A stretch of DNA of 64,000 bases from the human T2T-CHM13v2.0 reference genome, Homo sapiens: assembly GCF_009914755.1 (NCBI RefSeq), contig NC_060926.1, one strand, 5' to 3'. Both the position numbers and the translations under genes were made by a program. Below, piece after piece: positions 14,222 through 29,384 of this stretch. The notes beneath the pieces were generated by a model. The model was not told the DNA's origin. It saw nothing but the letters and a program-made list of their open reading frames with translations, and did not search any database. Position 1 is the stretch's first letter; the number at the start of each line of letters is the position of its first letter.

Positions 14222-14743
14222 TAGGAATGCACAGGTTATGCAGATCCAGAGGAGGTCCTCAGGAGAAATGAGTGAATTCTAGGTGGGCAACTTAAACAAC
14301 CATCAAAATCGCAGTGATGCAAAGATGAAACTATGTATAGCTCATTGAACTCGAGCCTGGAATTTCTCCCAGAAGCACATCAGGGGAAGGATGTGTCTGA
14401 TACTCTGTCTCTCAAGCAAGCAGTCATTCATCATTTGCTGAGCACTCATCATGCTGGGGCTGCTTTATTGGATAAGAGGGATAGGACACCATGCACCAAT
14501 CCAGTCCTGAGAGAACCCTCAAAGTTCTCCCCAGCCACTGGCAAACACCCACCGACAGCCACAGGCCTAGCAAACCATTGCACACAGACGACCTCTGTGA
14601 TTTGACTGTTTCTTCTAGTTGTCTCTTCCCGTGAGCCTTGCTTGTTAAGCTATCTGGAAATAGACGCCTTATGCGCCCTTGCATCCTTCACAGAACCTTG
14701 TATACTTCTGAGCCCACTGAACATGCAAACCCTGCCAACCGCC

Positions 14744-14821
14744 CCTCCTGTGAAGCCTTCCCCGCCCATATCCTGCTCCTGCCTCCTGTGAAGCCTTCTC
14801 TGCCCATATCCTGCCCCTGCC
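14744..14821. repeat. 38-bp tandem duplication (2 copies)
   Basis: cctcctgtgaagccttc(c/t)c(c/t)gcccatatcctgc at 14744 and 14782. Confidence 0.9.
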
Positions 14822-15589
14822 GTAAGACATACCTTCCTCCCCTGGACCCCAGAGCACATGGTTCCTGTCTCAGCCTCAGCCACCAACACCCTGTGGCCAC
14901 AGCTTCCCAGGCCTGTCTCAGACAGAGGGCCCCAAAAGCATTAGATAGAATCACAGACAAGACATAAATTGGGAATTGGAGGAGACTCTATGTCTAACTG
15001 TGCCTTGACCAGAATGAGAATCACAATCGCCCGAGAAGGGAGCGATGCAGGTCCAAGCCCGGGGCCTCTCTGGGGACCCAGGAGAATGGCGGAGGGTCTG
15101 GACACAAAGTGAACACCAGGCACTTCTGTTCAGTTCTTTCTAAACTGGTGGTCTTTTCAAGGGGTTTTTCTTTATTTTTGAAAGAAACAGGTATCCTACA
15201 AAATGTTACCAATTAAGATACACAAAAATAAAAGTATCAATCTTGGTCTCACACCAAAGAAAATCACTTGTATATTTTTGTATGTTTTCCCTCTAGGAGT
15301 TTTCCCAAGGATAGATACATTTTAGTGATACTAAACTGGACTTCTGAAACTGGTGGTAAATTCTGATTTTTGGAAAGGCTTTTCTAGAAAGACTTATTGT
15401 ATTCACTGAAAGGAATTTGTTTTCAACTTCTTAGGAAGTTATTTTATTTATCATCTGGAAATATATTTTTCTCTTCACCACTTGCGATGCAGATTTTAAT
15501 TTTGCTGTTTTAATTTTCACGTTAAAACCATCTTCTTTGCTCTAATCAGCTCTATTGTTATCTTTGCTTATTGACTTTGCAACACATCA

Positions 15590-15835
15590 GTCTAGTGTTA
15601 GGAGCCTGAGCCCTGGTAATGACTTGGATTCAGATCGGTGGTTCTCACTGGCCACAAACCCTGGGGAAAATCACTTCCCCTCACTGTTCTTCAGCTTCCT
15701 TGTCTGCGCCACAGGGAAGATAACGGTACTTGCCTCAGAGAGCTGTTTGTGAGAACTGAGTGGGTTAATATGTTAATATGTCTAATACCTAGAAACTATT
15801 TGCCATAGAGTAATCACTCAATACATGTGAGGTAT
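15590..15835 (+). mobile_element. MIR
   Basis: ctggggaaaatcacttcccctc...cagcttccttgtctg...gtacttgcctcagagagctgtttgtgaga...cactcaatacatg. Confidence 0.7.
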
Positions 15836-15836
15836 T

Positions 15837-16207
15837 TGCTGTGGTTTGAATGTGTGTGGACCTGCAAAATTCATGTGTTGAAATAGGAACTCCCGGTGAT
15901 GGTATGAAGAGATGAGGCCTTTGGGGCAGTGATTAGATCATGAGGGCTTCACCTTCGTTAATGGGATTAAAGCCTTTATTACAGAGGCTTCAGAGAGCTG
16001 CCTGGCACTTCTGTTGCTTCCACCCTGTGAGGGCACCACAAGAAAACACCATCTTGGAAGCAGAAAGCAGCCGTCACCAGACAAAAAATCTCCCAGGGTC
16101 TTGATCTTGGATTTTCCAGCCTCCAGAGCTGTAAGCAATAAATTTATATTCTTTTTACATTACCCAGTCTCAGACGTTTTGTTATAGCTGCACAACCAAA
16201 CCAAAAA
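15837..16207 (+). mobile_element. MLT1A/MST-type MaLR solo LTR
   Basis: tgctgtggtttgaatgtg...aaaattcatgtgttgaaa...ttgatcttggattttccagcctccagagctgtaagcaataaattt...tgttatagc. Confidence 0.85.
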
Positions 16208-16275
16208 GCATTATTATTTCTATTACTAATATATGCAGAATGAAATTCTCCCCCATTAATTAATTTTTTTAAGGG

Positions 16276-19200
16276 CAATAAACAGAAATACAGATCATAA
16301 GAATAAACAAATCATAAGAGACTACTATAAATAATTATATACCAATAAATTGCATAACCTAGAATAAATGGATACATTCCCACCATGCAGTGTATCACAT
16401 TTATTTACACATACTCTCTACCAAGACTGAATCATGAAAAAGTGAAAAATCTGAACAGACCAATCATGCACAAAGATACTGAATCAATAATCATAAATCT
16501 CCATCAAAGAAAATCTCAGTACCTGATGAGTTTATGGATGAATTCTATCAAAGATTTAAGTTACTAATAACAAGCATTCTCGATCTCTGAAAAAAATTAA
16601 GACAATGACATGCTTACAAACTAATTTTAGAAGACCAGCATAACTCTTATAGCAAAGCCAGATAAATAAAATACAAGAAAATTAATTACTGGCCAATATC
16701 CCTGGTGAGCATAAATGCAAAAATTACCAAAAAAAAAAAAATACTAGCAAATTGAACTCAACAGCACGTTAAAAGGACCAGTCACCTTAATCAAGTGGGA
16801 TTTATCTGTGGGATGCAGGAATGGTTCAACATATGCAAGTCAATAAATGTGATACACTGGATTAACAGAATGAAGAACAAAAAAATATGATCATCCCAAC
16901 AGATGCACAAAAAAGTATTTGACAAAGCTCAACATTCTTTTATGATAAAAACTCTTAACAAATTAGATATAGAAGGAATGTACCTCAACACAGTAAAGGC
17001 CATATATGACAAGCCCACATCTAACATATTATACTCAACAATGAACAATGAAAAGTTGAAAGCTTTTCCTATAAGATCAAGAACAAGACAAGGATGCCCA
17101 TTCTCACCACTTCCATTCAAAGGAATTCACATCAGAAATTGGGTAGTTAAATTATCTTTGATTTCAGATGACACAATCTTATAAATAGAAAACCACAGAC
17201 ATTTCACCACAATGACTATTCAAAGTGTTGAAAAAGAGAAAACAACAAAAGTAAAAAGATTCCACCACAAAACTGTAAGAAATCAAAAGCAAAATTAGTA
17301 AAGCTATATGATACAAAATAAACATGCAAAAATCAGTAGTGCTTCTATAAACTAATAACAAACTATTCAAAAAAGAAATCAAGAAAACAATCCCATTTAT
17401 AATAGCATAAAAATAGAATAAAACACTTATGAATAAATTTAACCAGGGCAGTAAAAGACCTGCACATTGAACACTACAAAAGATTGATGAAAGAAATCAA
17501 AAAAGACACAGATGGAAGGAAAGATGTCTTGTGTTCTTGGATTGGGAAAATTAATAATGTTAAGATGCCTACAGTACTCAAAGCAATCTGTAGGTTCCAT
17601 GCAATCCTTAGCAAAATCTCAATGACAATTTTATAGAACTAGAAAAAAATTCCTAGCATTCACATGGAATCACAAAAGACCTCTAATCACCAAAACATTC
17701 TGAGCAAAAAGAACAAAGCTGGAAGCATTATGCTACCTGATCTCAAAACCTACTCCAAGGCTGTAATAATTAAAAGAATATGATATTGGCACAAAAACAG
17801 ACACATCAACCAATGGAACAGAATAGAGAGCCCATAAATAAATCTGTGCATTTATGGTCAAATAATATTTGACAAAGGTGACCAGAACCCCCACTGGGGA
17901 AAGGACACTCTCTTCAATAAATGATGTTAGGAAAACTAGACACCCATAGGCAGAAGAATGAAACTGGACTCCGATTTCACCTTATAGACAAAAATTAATT
18001 CTAAATGGATTAAAGACTAAACTCTAAGACCAAAAACTGAAAAACTACTAGAAAAAAAAAATAGAGAAAAGCTTTCTGGCATTGGTCTGGGTAAAGATCT
18101 TTTGAGTTTGATCCCAAAAGCAGAGACAACAAAAGCAAAAATAGACAAATATGTTTATATTAAATTAAAAGCTTCTGCACAGCAAAGGAAACAACAGAGT
18201 GAAGAGACAGCCTGGAGAATGGAAGAAAATATTTGTGGAACCATACCTCTGATAAACAGTTAATATTTAAAATACACAAGAAACTCAAAAAAACTCCATA
18301 CTAAGGAAACAACAAACCTGATTAAAAAATGGGCAAAGAACCTGAAAAGACATTTCTCAAAATAAGGCTACAAATGGCCAACAGGTGTATGAGAAAATGC
18401 TCAACATTACTAATCATCAGGGAAATGCAAATTAAAACCACAATAAAATATCACCTCATACCTGTTGTTACGATGCCTGTTATCAAAAGGGCAAGAGGTA
18501 ACAAGGATATGGGAGGATGTGGGGAAAGAGAATCTTGCGTTGTTGATGGATACGTAAATTAGTGCAGCCATTATGGAATGCAGTATGGAAGCTCCTCAAG
18601 AAGTTAAGTAGAGCTGCCATATGATTCAGCATTTCACCTTCTGGCTATATACAAAGGAAATGGAATCAGTATGTCAAAGACAGACCGAACTCCCATGCTC
18701 CCTGCAGTATTATTTACAACAGCCAAGATATGGAATCCACCCAAGTACCTATCAACAGGTAAATGGATAAAGAATAGGTAGCATATATACACAATGGAAT
18801 ACTATTCAGCCTTAACACAATGGGGAAATCCTATCATTTGTGACAATGTGGATGACCTAGGAGGACATTAAGCTCAGTAAAATAAGCCAGAAACAGAGAG
18901 ACAGATCCTGCATGACCTCAGTTTTATAGAGAATCCAAAAAAATCAAACTCATAGAAGAGAGTAGAATGGTGGTTATCCTGGCAGAGGGAAATGCAGGGA
19001 GGCATGGGGAGAGGCTGATCAAAGCATACAAAATTGTCATTAGGAGGAATAAGCTGAGGAGATCTATTGTATAACACGGTGATTATAGTTAATCATTAAC
19101 TATATTAATTATATTATTAATATATTAACATGTATTGCATACTTGAAAATTGCTAAGACTACATTTTCAATGTTCGCAAGGTACACACACAAAGTATGTG

Positions 19201-19320
19201 AGGTAGTGGATATTGATTAGCCTGATTTATTCATTCCACAATGTATACATATATTAAAACGTCATTTTGCACACCATACACGTATTTCATTTTCATTTGT
19301 CAATCATTAAAACTAAAATT
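16276..19320 (+). mobile_element. 5'-truncated L1MA-like element (ORF2 3' portion plus 3' UTR)
   Basis: ORF2 fragments [33 protein letters not shown]; L1MA-type 3' UTR ending cacaatgtatacatatattaaaac...ttgtcaat. Confidence 0.93.
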
Positions 19321-19649
19321 ATTATTATTATTTTTTTAAAGAAAGATCCTAAACAGTTTTCTAAATATCTTTATTTTAGGTTCAGAAATAGTTTTCAGAG
19401 GCCTGGTGTTCCTCTGGGTCTTCTACCTGATGGGCTCTTTTCCTTGTTCAGCAACGTCCTTTAGGTCCCATGCTAGTTCTTTTTATTCGTGTTGTTTTCC
19501 TTTTTGTGAGTTTTTATTTTGCTTTAACTCTTCTTCAGGGAGAACTCAGTTGTCTAGGACTAGTGCCTGCCAACTGCCGCGTGGTTACATGAAGGAGCCT
19601 TGGATAGACTTGCTTCCCAGTCCTTAGCTAGAGTACAGCGTGATATGGA

Positions 19650-20025
19650 AGCGCCGGGCTCAGCCTCTGATTTAAGCCGCTCTGCGCACTGAGGACACCG
19701 CCCCAAACCCCATGACTCTACCCAGAATGCAAGCAAGATGGTGCCAGGGCGCACTAAATCCCCAGCATGCACTGCGACCGCCCTTAGTAGCAAGCGTAAA
19801 CTACAATCCCCAGGATGCACTGCACCAGGGCTGCGCCTGCCTGGCGTCACGGGCGTGAATTACAATCCCCAGCATGCACCGGAGTAGCGGGCGTCATCAA
19901 CAACCCCCTACGTGCCGCGCGCGGCCTCTAGCCCTCACCTGTGCTCTGCTTGTTCTGTGCATAAACAAGGGTCTATGAGGGTGCAGAGGGTGCTCTGAGG
20001 GGCGGGGGTGGGAGGGGCGGTGGGA
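19650..20025. promoter_or_regulatory. CpG-rich promoter-like element with tandem ZNF143 (SBS)/ACTACA motifs, YY1-like site and GC boxes
   Basis: actctaCCCAGAATGCaagc 19715, actaaatCCCCAGCATGCACTGCG 19753, ACTACAATCCCCAGGATGCACTGC 19800, aTTACAATCCCCAGCATGCACCGG 19859; caagatggtgcc 19734; ggggcgggg ~19999; locally elevated CpG. Confidence 0.7.
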
Positions 20026-20404
20026 GAAGACTATTCTGGCCACCAAAACGGCAGCACCGCTGCAACAGAAAAGATGCCTGCTTCTCTGGAGGGTAATGAC
20101 GATGCTCTGAAGCTGACTGTGCTGCTGCAGGCATGCAAATCCTCTGACAGTTTTAAAGAGAGCACAGCACGCATTTTAAGACATGGCTCCACCAGCCTTA
20201 TGGCAAGCGGAATTCTTATATAATGTGGCAATGTATGGACAGTCAGTTTTTGTTTTAGGGGGCGTCACAGATTGTGTTCACTTTGCATCTAGAACAGCTA
20301 GCCAGTGTCATTTCAATCTCTGGACGCCTTTAATTTGGGATGTGCGCATATGCATCTGTACTCTTGTGCATGTAAATCCAAGTGTGTGAGTGAGCACTTG
20401 CATT

Positions 20405-20546
20405 AAAAAAATAATAATAAAATAAATAAAGAGGGATTTCAAGATGGTGACAGCAGAGACTGAAGCCAAGCATAGGACCCTCCTGGCTGGGGCCCAGGTC
20501 AGTGACCAGGAGGTGGCTGTGGTGCACGACAAGGGCTACAAGTCCT
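20405..20546 (-). repeat. Inverted duplicate of the MER45A 5' half plus Alu tail (left arm of an inverted repeat)
   Basis: 20431-20538 is the reverse complement of 21274-21380 with 1 substitution and 1 indel. Confidence 0.95.
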
Positions 20547-21259
20547 TGTAAATGCAAGTGTGTGAGTACCAGTGCTCAAACATGTGCATGTATGCATATC
20601 CCCTTCTCCGGGAGAGAATCTCCTCCCGGTGGTGACATTGTTTACAGAGAAGGTTTTTACACTAGCTAGCTGAGAGGCTGTGACTACATCCATCCCCAGG
20701 CCTGAATGTCTGAACTACTAATCAGTATCCTCAGCCTGGCTCCTGCCTTCTGAGGATTTCCTCAGCCCACAGGCAGTCGTTCGAGCTGGGGCTCAGTGCT
20801 GTCTCTGTTAAGTCTCTCCAAGCCCGGCAGAAGACTCCTGAGACCACCCAGAACACGGAGCCTGTGCTAGTCAGGAAGGCTTGGGCTTTAGGGAACTGCT
20901 GTACCCCAAAGAGAGACAGCCTCCAGCTGCTTCTCTAAGACAGGCTGAGGCTCTGCACAGCTGGGAGTTGCTTGGAGGAGCAAGGGACAAGGTCGACCTC
21001 TTCTTCCTTCTTGCTCCCCAGGGTTCAGCAGGGCCACGGCATGCTTCCTAAGCTGTGTTCCTGTGGGCGCCTCCTCGGGGGTTATGTTTTTGTCGTTGAT
21101 TTCAGTTTGTGTGCAAGGACAGAAGATGGAGTGCAGCAAACCTACGAAACTATCAAATCTGATATGAGCTCTAAGTAAAGCATAACTGCAAGGAGACAAG
21201 GGGAGCAGATGGTCAACAATTCTATTCAATGACGGAAAGCAGCCCCAATTAACCATGAT

Positions 21260-21755
<496 letters not shown>

Positions 21756-22206
21756 ACATAAACTTCCTCCTGTGGGCCTCAGTGTTCTTCTTTGCAAGAT
21801 GGGAAGATTGGAATAAAAAGTTTTCAAAGATATTTTTGCTGCAAAACTTTTTTGTCAAAAAAGAATATATTTAGAACTTGAGACATAACCCATGTGATAG
21901 GGTAATATTTCAAATCCTTTCTTTTCTTTGTCCTTATGGTGCTGCTTCTTTTTCTTCACCTTTCTTGCTCTTTCTGCAGTGTGTCTCTGGGTCTCTGGAG
22001 GTGGGATAGGGGTTGTCTGGGGAATCTACCGTCCTAATTATCTGTAGGTGATTGTTTTGTTGCCCTGTAGGTCAAAGGGAAGGTGATTCCAATGCTTGGC
22101 ATTTATCTGGCGGAATCCCTATTCCTCCTATGCCCTCCTCATCTGTGAAATGGTGATAGTAGTAGCACTACCTCGGAGGATGGTTATTAATGAGAAGCAA
22201 AAGTGA

Positions 22207-22582
<376 letters not shown>

Positions 22583-22949
22583 ATCACACTTCTTAAAGTA
22601 GTTACACACAGAGAGGCACATAGAAAGAAATCAAAGTAAAAAACACACAACACACACATACATAATGGTACCATGACCTTCTGCCTGGGGGCACATTTTA
22701 GACGATGGTGCAGGAATGAGGAACCCAGCGAGGGCAGTGGTCTTGCTTTGGACACAGAGATCATGGTCAGGGAGATAGAGGCAGCTGTGAATGCCCGGGC
22801 ACAGTCCACAAAGGTGGGAACAATGCAGAAAGAGAAAGTTCTAGAAATACTCACAAGGGCTCGTTAAGTCTTTGAGCAAACACTTATTTGAACATGTCTA
22901 GGGTGAAATTCCAGGACACAAAGCAGAAACAACTGCCTGGTAGCTGTGA

Positions 22950-25860
22950 GGTGAGAGATTCCCCAAGCTCATAGGGAAAGGAGGCATTTGAATTTTATTC
23001 AGTCCCAGGACATGGACCTCATGCTCACGGGACCATCAGGATTATCAGTGAAGACACAAGAATGTCAAATATTTCCTCCAGTTTGTCTACATTAGATCTA
23101 GAGTAAGGACTACTATCTTCCCACCATAATAAAGATGAAAAAACAACCTTAGAATTGACCAACCACATCTAAAAGGAACTTAACCGTCTATTAGACCAAA
23201 CTTCAACATTCTTTAAAGGAAGAAGACCAAAGCCAACTCTCAACACTGTGGCATTCACAGCATCTGGCAGTCAATTGAATAGTACTAGGCAGGTAGAGAA
23301 GCTATAACTGTTAAGCAGATCCAGGAGGAAAGTGAATCAATAAAAACAGACCAAGAAATAACAGATATAGTGGAATTAGCAGACACAGACATTGAAATAG
23401 CTATTATAAACCATAAATTTTGCTCTGGTATTAAAAACAAACAAACAAACATGATGAGCAAAGAAATGTAAGTCCTAAAAATGACCATCTGTACATCAAA
23501 GGATGCTACGAACACAGTGAAAACACAACCCATGGAATAGACAGCTAGGTGCAAATCATATATCTGATTTAGGATTAATATCCATAATATATAAAGAACT
23601 TTACAACTCAACAACAACAACAAAAGACACAACCCATTTAAAAAATGAGGAGAACTTTAATAGACATTTCTCCAAAGAAGATATATAAATGGCCAATAAT
23701 CACATAAAAAGATGCTCCATGTCACTAATTATTAGAGAAATGCAAATTAAAACTACAATGAGATACCACTTGACACTAATTAGGATGGTTACAATTTTTT
23801 AAGTGTCAGCAAAGATATGGAGAAATTGAATCACTTGTGAATTTCTGCTGGGACTATAAAGTTGTGCAGCCACTGTGAAAAACAGTATGGTGGTTTCTCA
23901 AAAAATTAAACATAGAATCATGTGATCCAGCAATTCCACTCTTAGCAATGCACCCAAAAGAATTGAAAGAAGAGACACAAACAGATATTTGTACACTCAT
24001 ATTAATGGCAACATTATTCACAATAGCCAAAGGTGAAATCAACAAAAGTGTCCATCAACAAATGAGAGAATAAACAGAATGCTATCTGTACATGACAATA
24101 GGATTATTTAGCCTGAAGGAAGGAAATTCTGACACCTGCCACAATATACATGAATAATGAAGACATTACGCTAAGTGAAATAGGTCAGACAAAATGGACA
24201 GATACTGTGTAATTCAGTCATATGAATTATCTAGAGTAATCAAATTCATAGAGACAGAAAGTGAAATAGTGGTTACCAGAAGCTGAGGGCAGCAGGAAGG
24301 GGGAATTATTGCTTAATGAGTACAGAGTTATAGTTAGGCAAGACAAAAAAGGTCCTGGAAATGGATGTTGATGTACTATATGCTTAAAAATGGTTAAAAT
24401 GGTATATTTTACATTATCTATATTTTACCATAATAAAACAACTACAGGAAAAAAATCAAATGGAACTTCTAGGGATGAAAATGACAATGTCTGATTAAAA
24501 ACAACAACAATAACAACCTGGGATTAACAGCCAATTAGACAATGCAGAAGAAAACAGTAGTGCATTTAGGACGTAACAATAGAAACAACAAAATAAAGCT
24601 GAGAGAGACAGAGAAAGAAAACCTGGGGAAAAAAAAGGGAGGGGTAAGAGGCAGCATAGATAAATTATTTCAAAAAATTGTGCCCAGAAATTTTATAAAT
24701 GTGATGCAAGAAGCTCACTGGACCATGAAGTTGGAAAACACAAACAGAGGCAAACCAAAGAGCATCACAACGAGACGTTTGAAAACCCCTAATAAACTGA
24801 AAACCTTTAAAATAGCCAGAACAAAAGCCACGTTACTTAGAGAGGAACAACAGAAAAGATAACAGGCTGCTCAGAAACCAAGAAAGCCAGAAAACAGCTG
24901 GACAGCATCTTTAACATACTAAGAAAATAAATTCCACGTAAAATTGTGTATCAAGTATGAAAGTATCCTTTTTAAAATGAACATGAGAAAAAGAATTTTA
25001 TCAGCTGAAGAGAAAGTAAAAGAATTCATTGCAAGCAGGCCTGTACTACAAGAAATTATAAAGGAGGTGTTTGGTGTGGGAGAAAATGATATCAGTTGGA
25101 AAACTGGACAGAGAGATATAAAATACATAAGAATAAAATTAACAAGATGAGAAGAACCTATATGAAGAAAACCACTAAACTAAGGAAGATGAAAGAACAC
25201 AACTAAATTGAACAATGTTCTATGTTCTCTAACAGTAATACAAAGCACTATAAGATTATTATTTCTCTCCAGATTAATTTATAAATTTAAATATCTTTAG
25301 TGAAAGATTACAACTGGGTTAAAAATTCAAACTATGTCTAAAGTTCATTAGAAAAAAAATAAATGACTATATTATAGAAAATATTTTTCTTAACATTATA
25401 AAAATGTATAAAGCTACAATAATTAAAGAAGCATTTTACTGGAGCTAGAAAACTGCCTCATAATGGAAAAGAGTGGAAAGTACAAGAATAGAGCTGATTT
25501 ATGTTACAATGTAGCACATGGGTAGAGTGGTCCTAACCTTAAAAATCAGCAGGGAACAATGGCTTAATATGTTAAAATTAATGAATAGCCACGTGTAAGA
25601 GTAATTATCTCAAAAACTTTCAGAGGCCAGTTATACAACAGGTATCAGGAGCCTTCAAATGTATATATGCTATGGCTCATAAACTCTACTTCTAGAAATT
25701 TACCCATGTAGAAATGTGAAATGATTCAATCTGCCCATGTAAGAAAGCTATGAACTTTATGTTCATAATTGTGAAAAATGGGAACAACATAAGTATCCTA
25801 CGGTGGGGAGCTGTTTGAATAATTCTGGTACAATGGAGTGTCGAGTATAGGGTTTTTGTA
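22950..25860 (+). mobile_element. Ancient L1M remnants (5'/ORF1-like and ORF2 3' pieces) with a nested L1MB-like 3' end
   Basis: ORF1-like KEFIASRPVLQEIIKEV (~25020-25070); A-rich and very diverged. Confidence 0.65.
23480..24440 (+). mobile_element. L1MB-like 3' end (ORF2 C-terminus plus 3' UTR)
   Basis: aatagacatttctccaaagaagatata...gaaatgcaaattaaaactacaatgagatacc...aaattcatagagacagaaagt...aaaaatggttaaaatggta. Confidence 0.85.
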
Positions 25861-25887
25861 TTTATCATGTATAAACCATGAACATAA

Positions 25888-25889
25888 TT

Positions 25890-25928
<39 letters not shown>

Positions 25929-26223
25929 TTTTGAGATAGCATCTCACTCTATTTGCCAGGCTAGGGTGCAGTGGCTCAATCACAGCTCACTGCAGCCTTG
26001 ACCTCCTGGGCTCAAATTATCCTCCCATATCAGCCTCCCCAGTAGCTAGTACTACAGGAGTACACCACCATGGCTGGCTAATTTTTTGTTTGTTTGTTTG
26101 TTTTGTAGATACTGGGTTTCGCCATGTTGCCCAGGCTGGTCTCAAACTCCTGAGCTCAAGCAATCCGCCTGCTTTAGCCTCCCAAAGTGCTAGGATTACA
26201 GGTGTGAGCCACCACACCTGGCC
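25888..26223 (-). mobile_element. AluJ with (TAAA)n tail
   Basis: cacagctcactgcagccttgacctcctgggctcaa diagnostic; 15-bp TSD ccatgaacataattt. Confidence 0.95.
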
Positions 26224-27790
26224 ATGAACATAATTTCATACAATCAAATATACATATGCAATATATTTTTTGAAAATCCGTGACTCGGTTTGTTGAGGAA
26301 GTCCTCTGTGCCAAGCAGTAAGCCAAGTGCCAGAAGTGCTTGTGAATAAGAGGAGGTGTTTGTGATGTGTGCTTGGAAAACTCATGTGGTGAAAGGGCAG
26401 TCACAGGGAGATGAAGTGTGTTATGGCAAGTGCCACCGTGCAGATAGGATGAGAGCCCTTTGACCATCCCTGAGGATATGAGAAGCTACTGTGGACTGAA
26501 CGTCTACCGCAGCCAGACACCGTACCTGCATCGCCTTTGTCAACCATACAGGTCCACAAGGGCACAGCAGGCAAGTTCATGGGGATAAACAGGGCTGTGG
26601 GACATGTCCAGTGTCCAACCGGAGGAGGTGGAGGAGGAGAGGCTGAGGTTTCCATAACACCAATGCCCCTCTGTCCTCTCTCCTCCTTCCAGCACAGCAC
26701 TCTGCCTCCCCTGCTGCCCCTGGGATTTCCCTGCTTCAAAGGCAGAATAATGCCTGGCAACATTATAGGTCATCATCTTGGATTTGTTTTTGTTTTTGGG
26801 TTTTGTTTGTTTGTTTGTTTGTTTTTGGTCTGTTGTCGCTTTTCAACAGATGTGAAGGACCCTAAATTCTAAACAATTGTATTTCAAGATACATCTCTTT
26901 CCTACCCGGACTACATCACCATTACCAGGGAAGAGGGCACGCGGACATCCTGAGATTGCCTGGAGTACTTGGACCATCGGCTCTGAGAATCTTGTGCTTG
27001 AGGAGCTGATTTCCTTTGAGGGAAAGCAAGGATGACAAATGGGTGTCCAGTTGACGGGGACATTCCTGGTTCCAAATCTCTGTCCCCAGGGACAGGTCCT
27101 GCTCACAGAACTTTCTGCGAACATCCTTGCTGTCTATACAAGTTCTTCCAATGCAAGTAGACTCAACCACAAGGCACCCGAAACAGGCTCCTTTTGTGGG
27201 TTCACCTGTGTGTTGTTCTGTACTTCTGCACTCTGGTGTGTGTGTTTGCTTTGTTGCCAAGGAAATTACACATTGAAGTAGAAATGTTTGGAAGTCATTA
27301 TGCTCAGGAATTTAAACACACTGAAATCAGTTTTTAAAAGGATCTTTCACAGAACAAAAGTAGCATAACAACATACCTCTAAACAAACACATAAACAATG
27401 CATAATAATTTTTAATAGCTATTCACATATAGTTTGTATGGATATTACCAGAGTTGTAAACTTCTTTGGGCCAGTATATATAGTCCTCATCTTTTTTTAT
27501 TTTTATTTTTTGACTGTAAAATAATGTTAAAAAAAAAAAAGAAATTGTCTAGGTGTCATGGGGGCACTATCTATTAAATGCTATGTGGGTTTTTTGCAAC
27601 TATCTTTATAGCTATGAGCCCTCTTTTTTCTGTAAAATGAAAATAAGAAGCCGTAGCTCAGAGGGTTTAGTGAGATACATATGGAGCATTTGGGCCAAGA
27701 TTTTCAATAATGGTACAACATGCTGAAGATGGTTTGTACCAGCGCATGAGAACTGATTGTTAAATTTTCAGACATTTTTGTGAGCTGTTC

Positions 27791-28085
<295 letters not shown>

Positions 28086-28737
28086 TGAGCTGTTCTTTTA
28101 ATGTAGTCATTACTAAAAATTAAATTACAGAAACTTACAATCAGATAAATTAGTTAAAGCAAAAATAGTAAAAATGAGAACTACTTGGGCTTTCGCTTCC
28201 TGATTATTGCACTGTGCTGTACTGTGCCCCATCCCCTTGAGGTCGCTTGCAGCTGCTGCATCTGCGCAGTGGGACCCTGCCGCACAGTGAGCTGCTGCAG
28301 GCCTCTCCAGTGCTCATTCAGTGACGCCACGTTGGCAACTTGGAACTGGACACAGTGAGAGAAATTTCACCATAGACATTGGCATGCTCACGAATCAGGG
28401 CTTGATATGGTGCTTTGTTGATTGCCCAGATTCATGATGGAGAAAAATATTAGTAATGCAGATTACATTTAAACCTGTGGGATATCCGCAGCCATCACAT
28501 TGTGAACAGCACAAAAACTGAGGAAGTATTCTTCCAGTGTCCAAAAACTATTATCTGATTTAGCAAAGAAGCCACACATACCACTGACGAATGTGTGAAG
28601 TTCCAGCATGCATCTCCACCAACCCCCTCCATCTGACTGGGTACGCATTACATCAAGGAGAATGTTAACCAGCATTGATGTTTTAACTACATCAATTTAC
28701 AAATGAGAAACCATCATTTGGCTATAGTTCAAGAGTT

Positions 28738-28898
28738 GTTTTTTCAGTAGACTCTGTTGTTTTAGAGTAGTTTTAAGTTTACAGCAAAATTGAGTAGATA
28801 CGAAAATTTTCCTTATACTATCCTCGCCCCTATACCCACAAAGCCTCCAGCATTATTAACATTCTCCACCAAAGTAGTACATTTGTTACAACTGATGA
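28738..28898 (-). mobile_element. L1MC-like 3' end fragment
   Basis: tttagagtagttttaagtttacagcaaaattgag...gtacatttgttacaactgatga. Confidence 0.7.
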
Positions 28899-29330
28899 GG
28901 AGTTTTGAAAAAAAAAATTAAAACATTTAATGAAAATCATTTTTGTATAAAATTTATAAAAAAGAGTACTAGGTATTATTATTTGTAAATATTATGTATC
29001 ACATCCTTATTATCATTAAAACTAATAAGCTATGTTCATGTACATTAGCACATGTGCATTAATGCATTAATACATTAATGTTTTTGTGGACATCCAGTTG
29101 TTCAGCAATCTCCAGCACACCGTCCTATCTGACGGCACCTCCAGGAGTGGGAGAGCAGAAGGTCCTAGGCTACTCTGAGCCAGTTCTCCAGGCCTGGAAG
29201 TGAAACCAAAGGCATCCAAGCAGTAATTGATCTTACGGTAAAGTTGAGACCAGTGGAAATCTCTACAAGCATATGGCAATACTTTGAATCATCCTTTGAG
29301 TCCTAGGAAGACCTGGCTTTTCTGGGTTTG

Positions 29331-29384
29331 TTGGTGGTGGTGATGGTTGGTTGGCTGGTTGGTTGGTTGGATGGCTGGTTGGTT
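29331..29384. repeat. (TGGT)n-like microsatellite
   Basis: ttggtggtggtgatggttggttggctggttggttggttgg. Confidence 0.9.
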
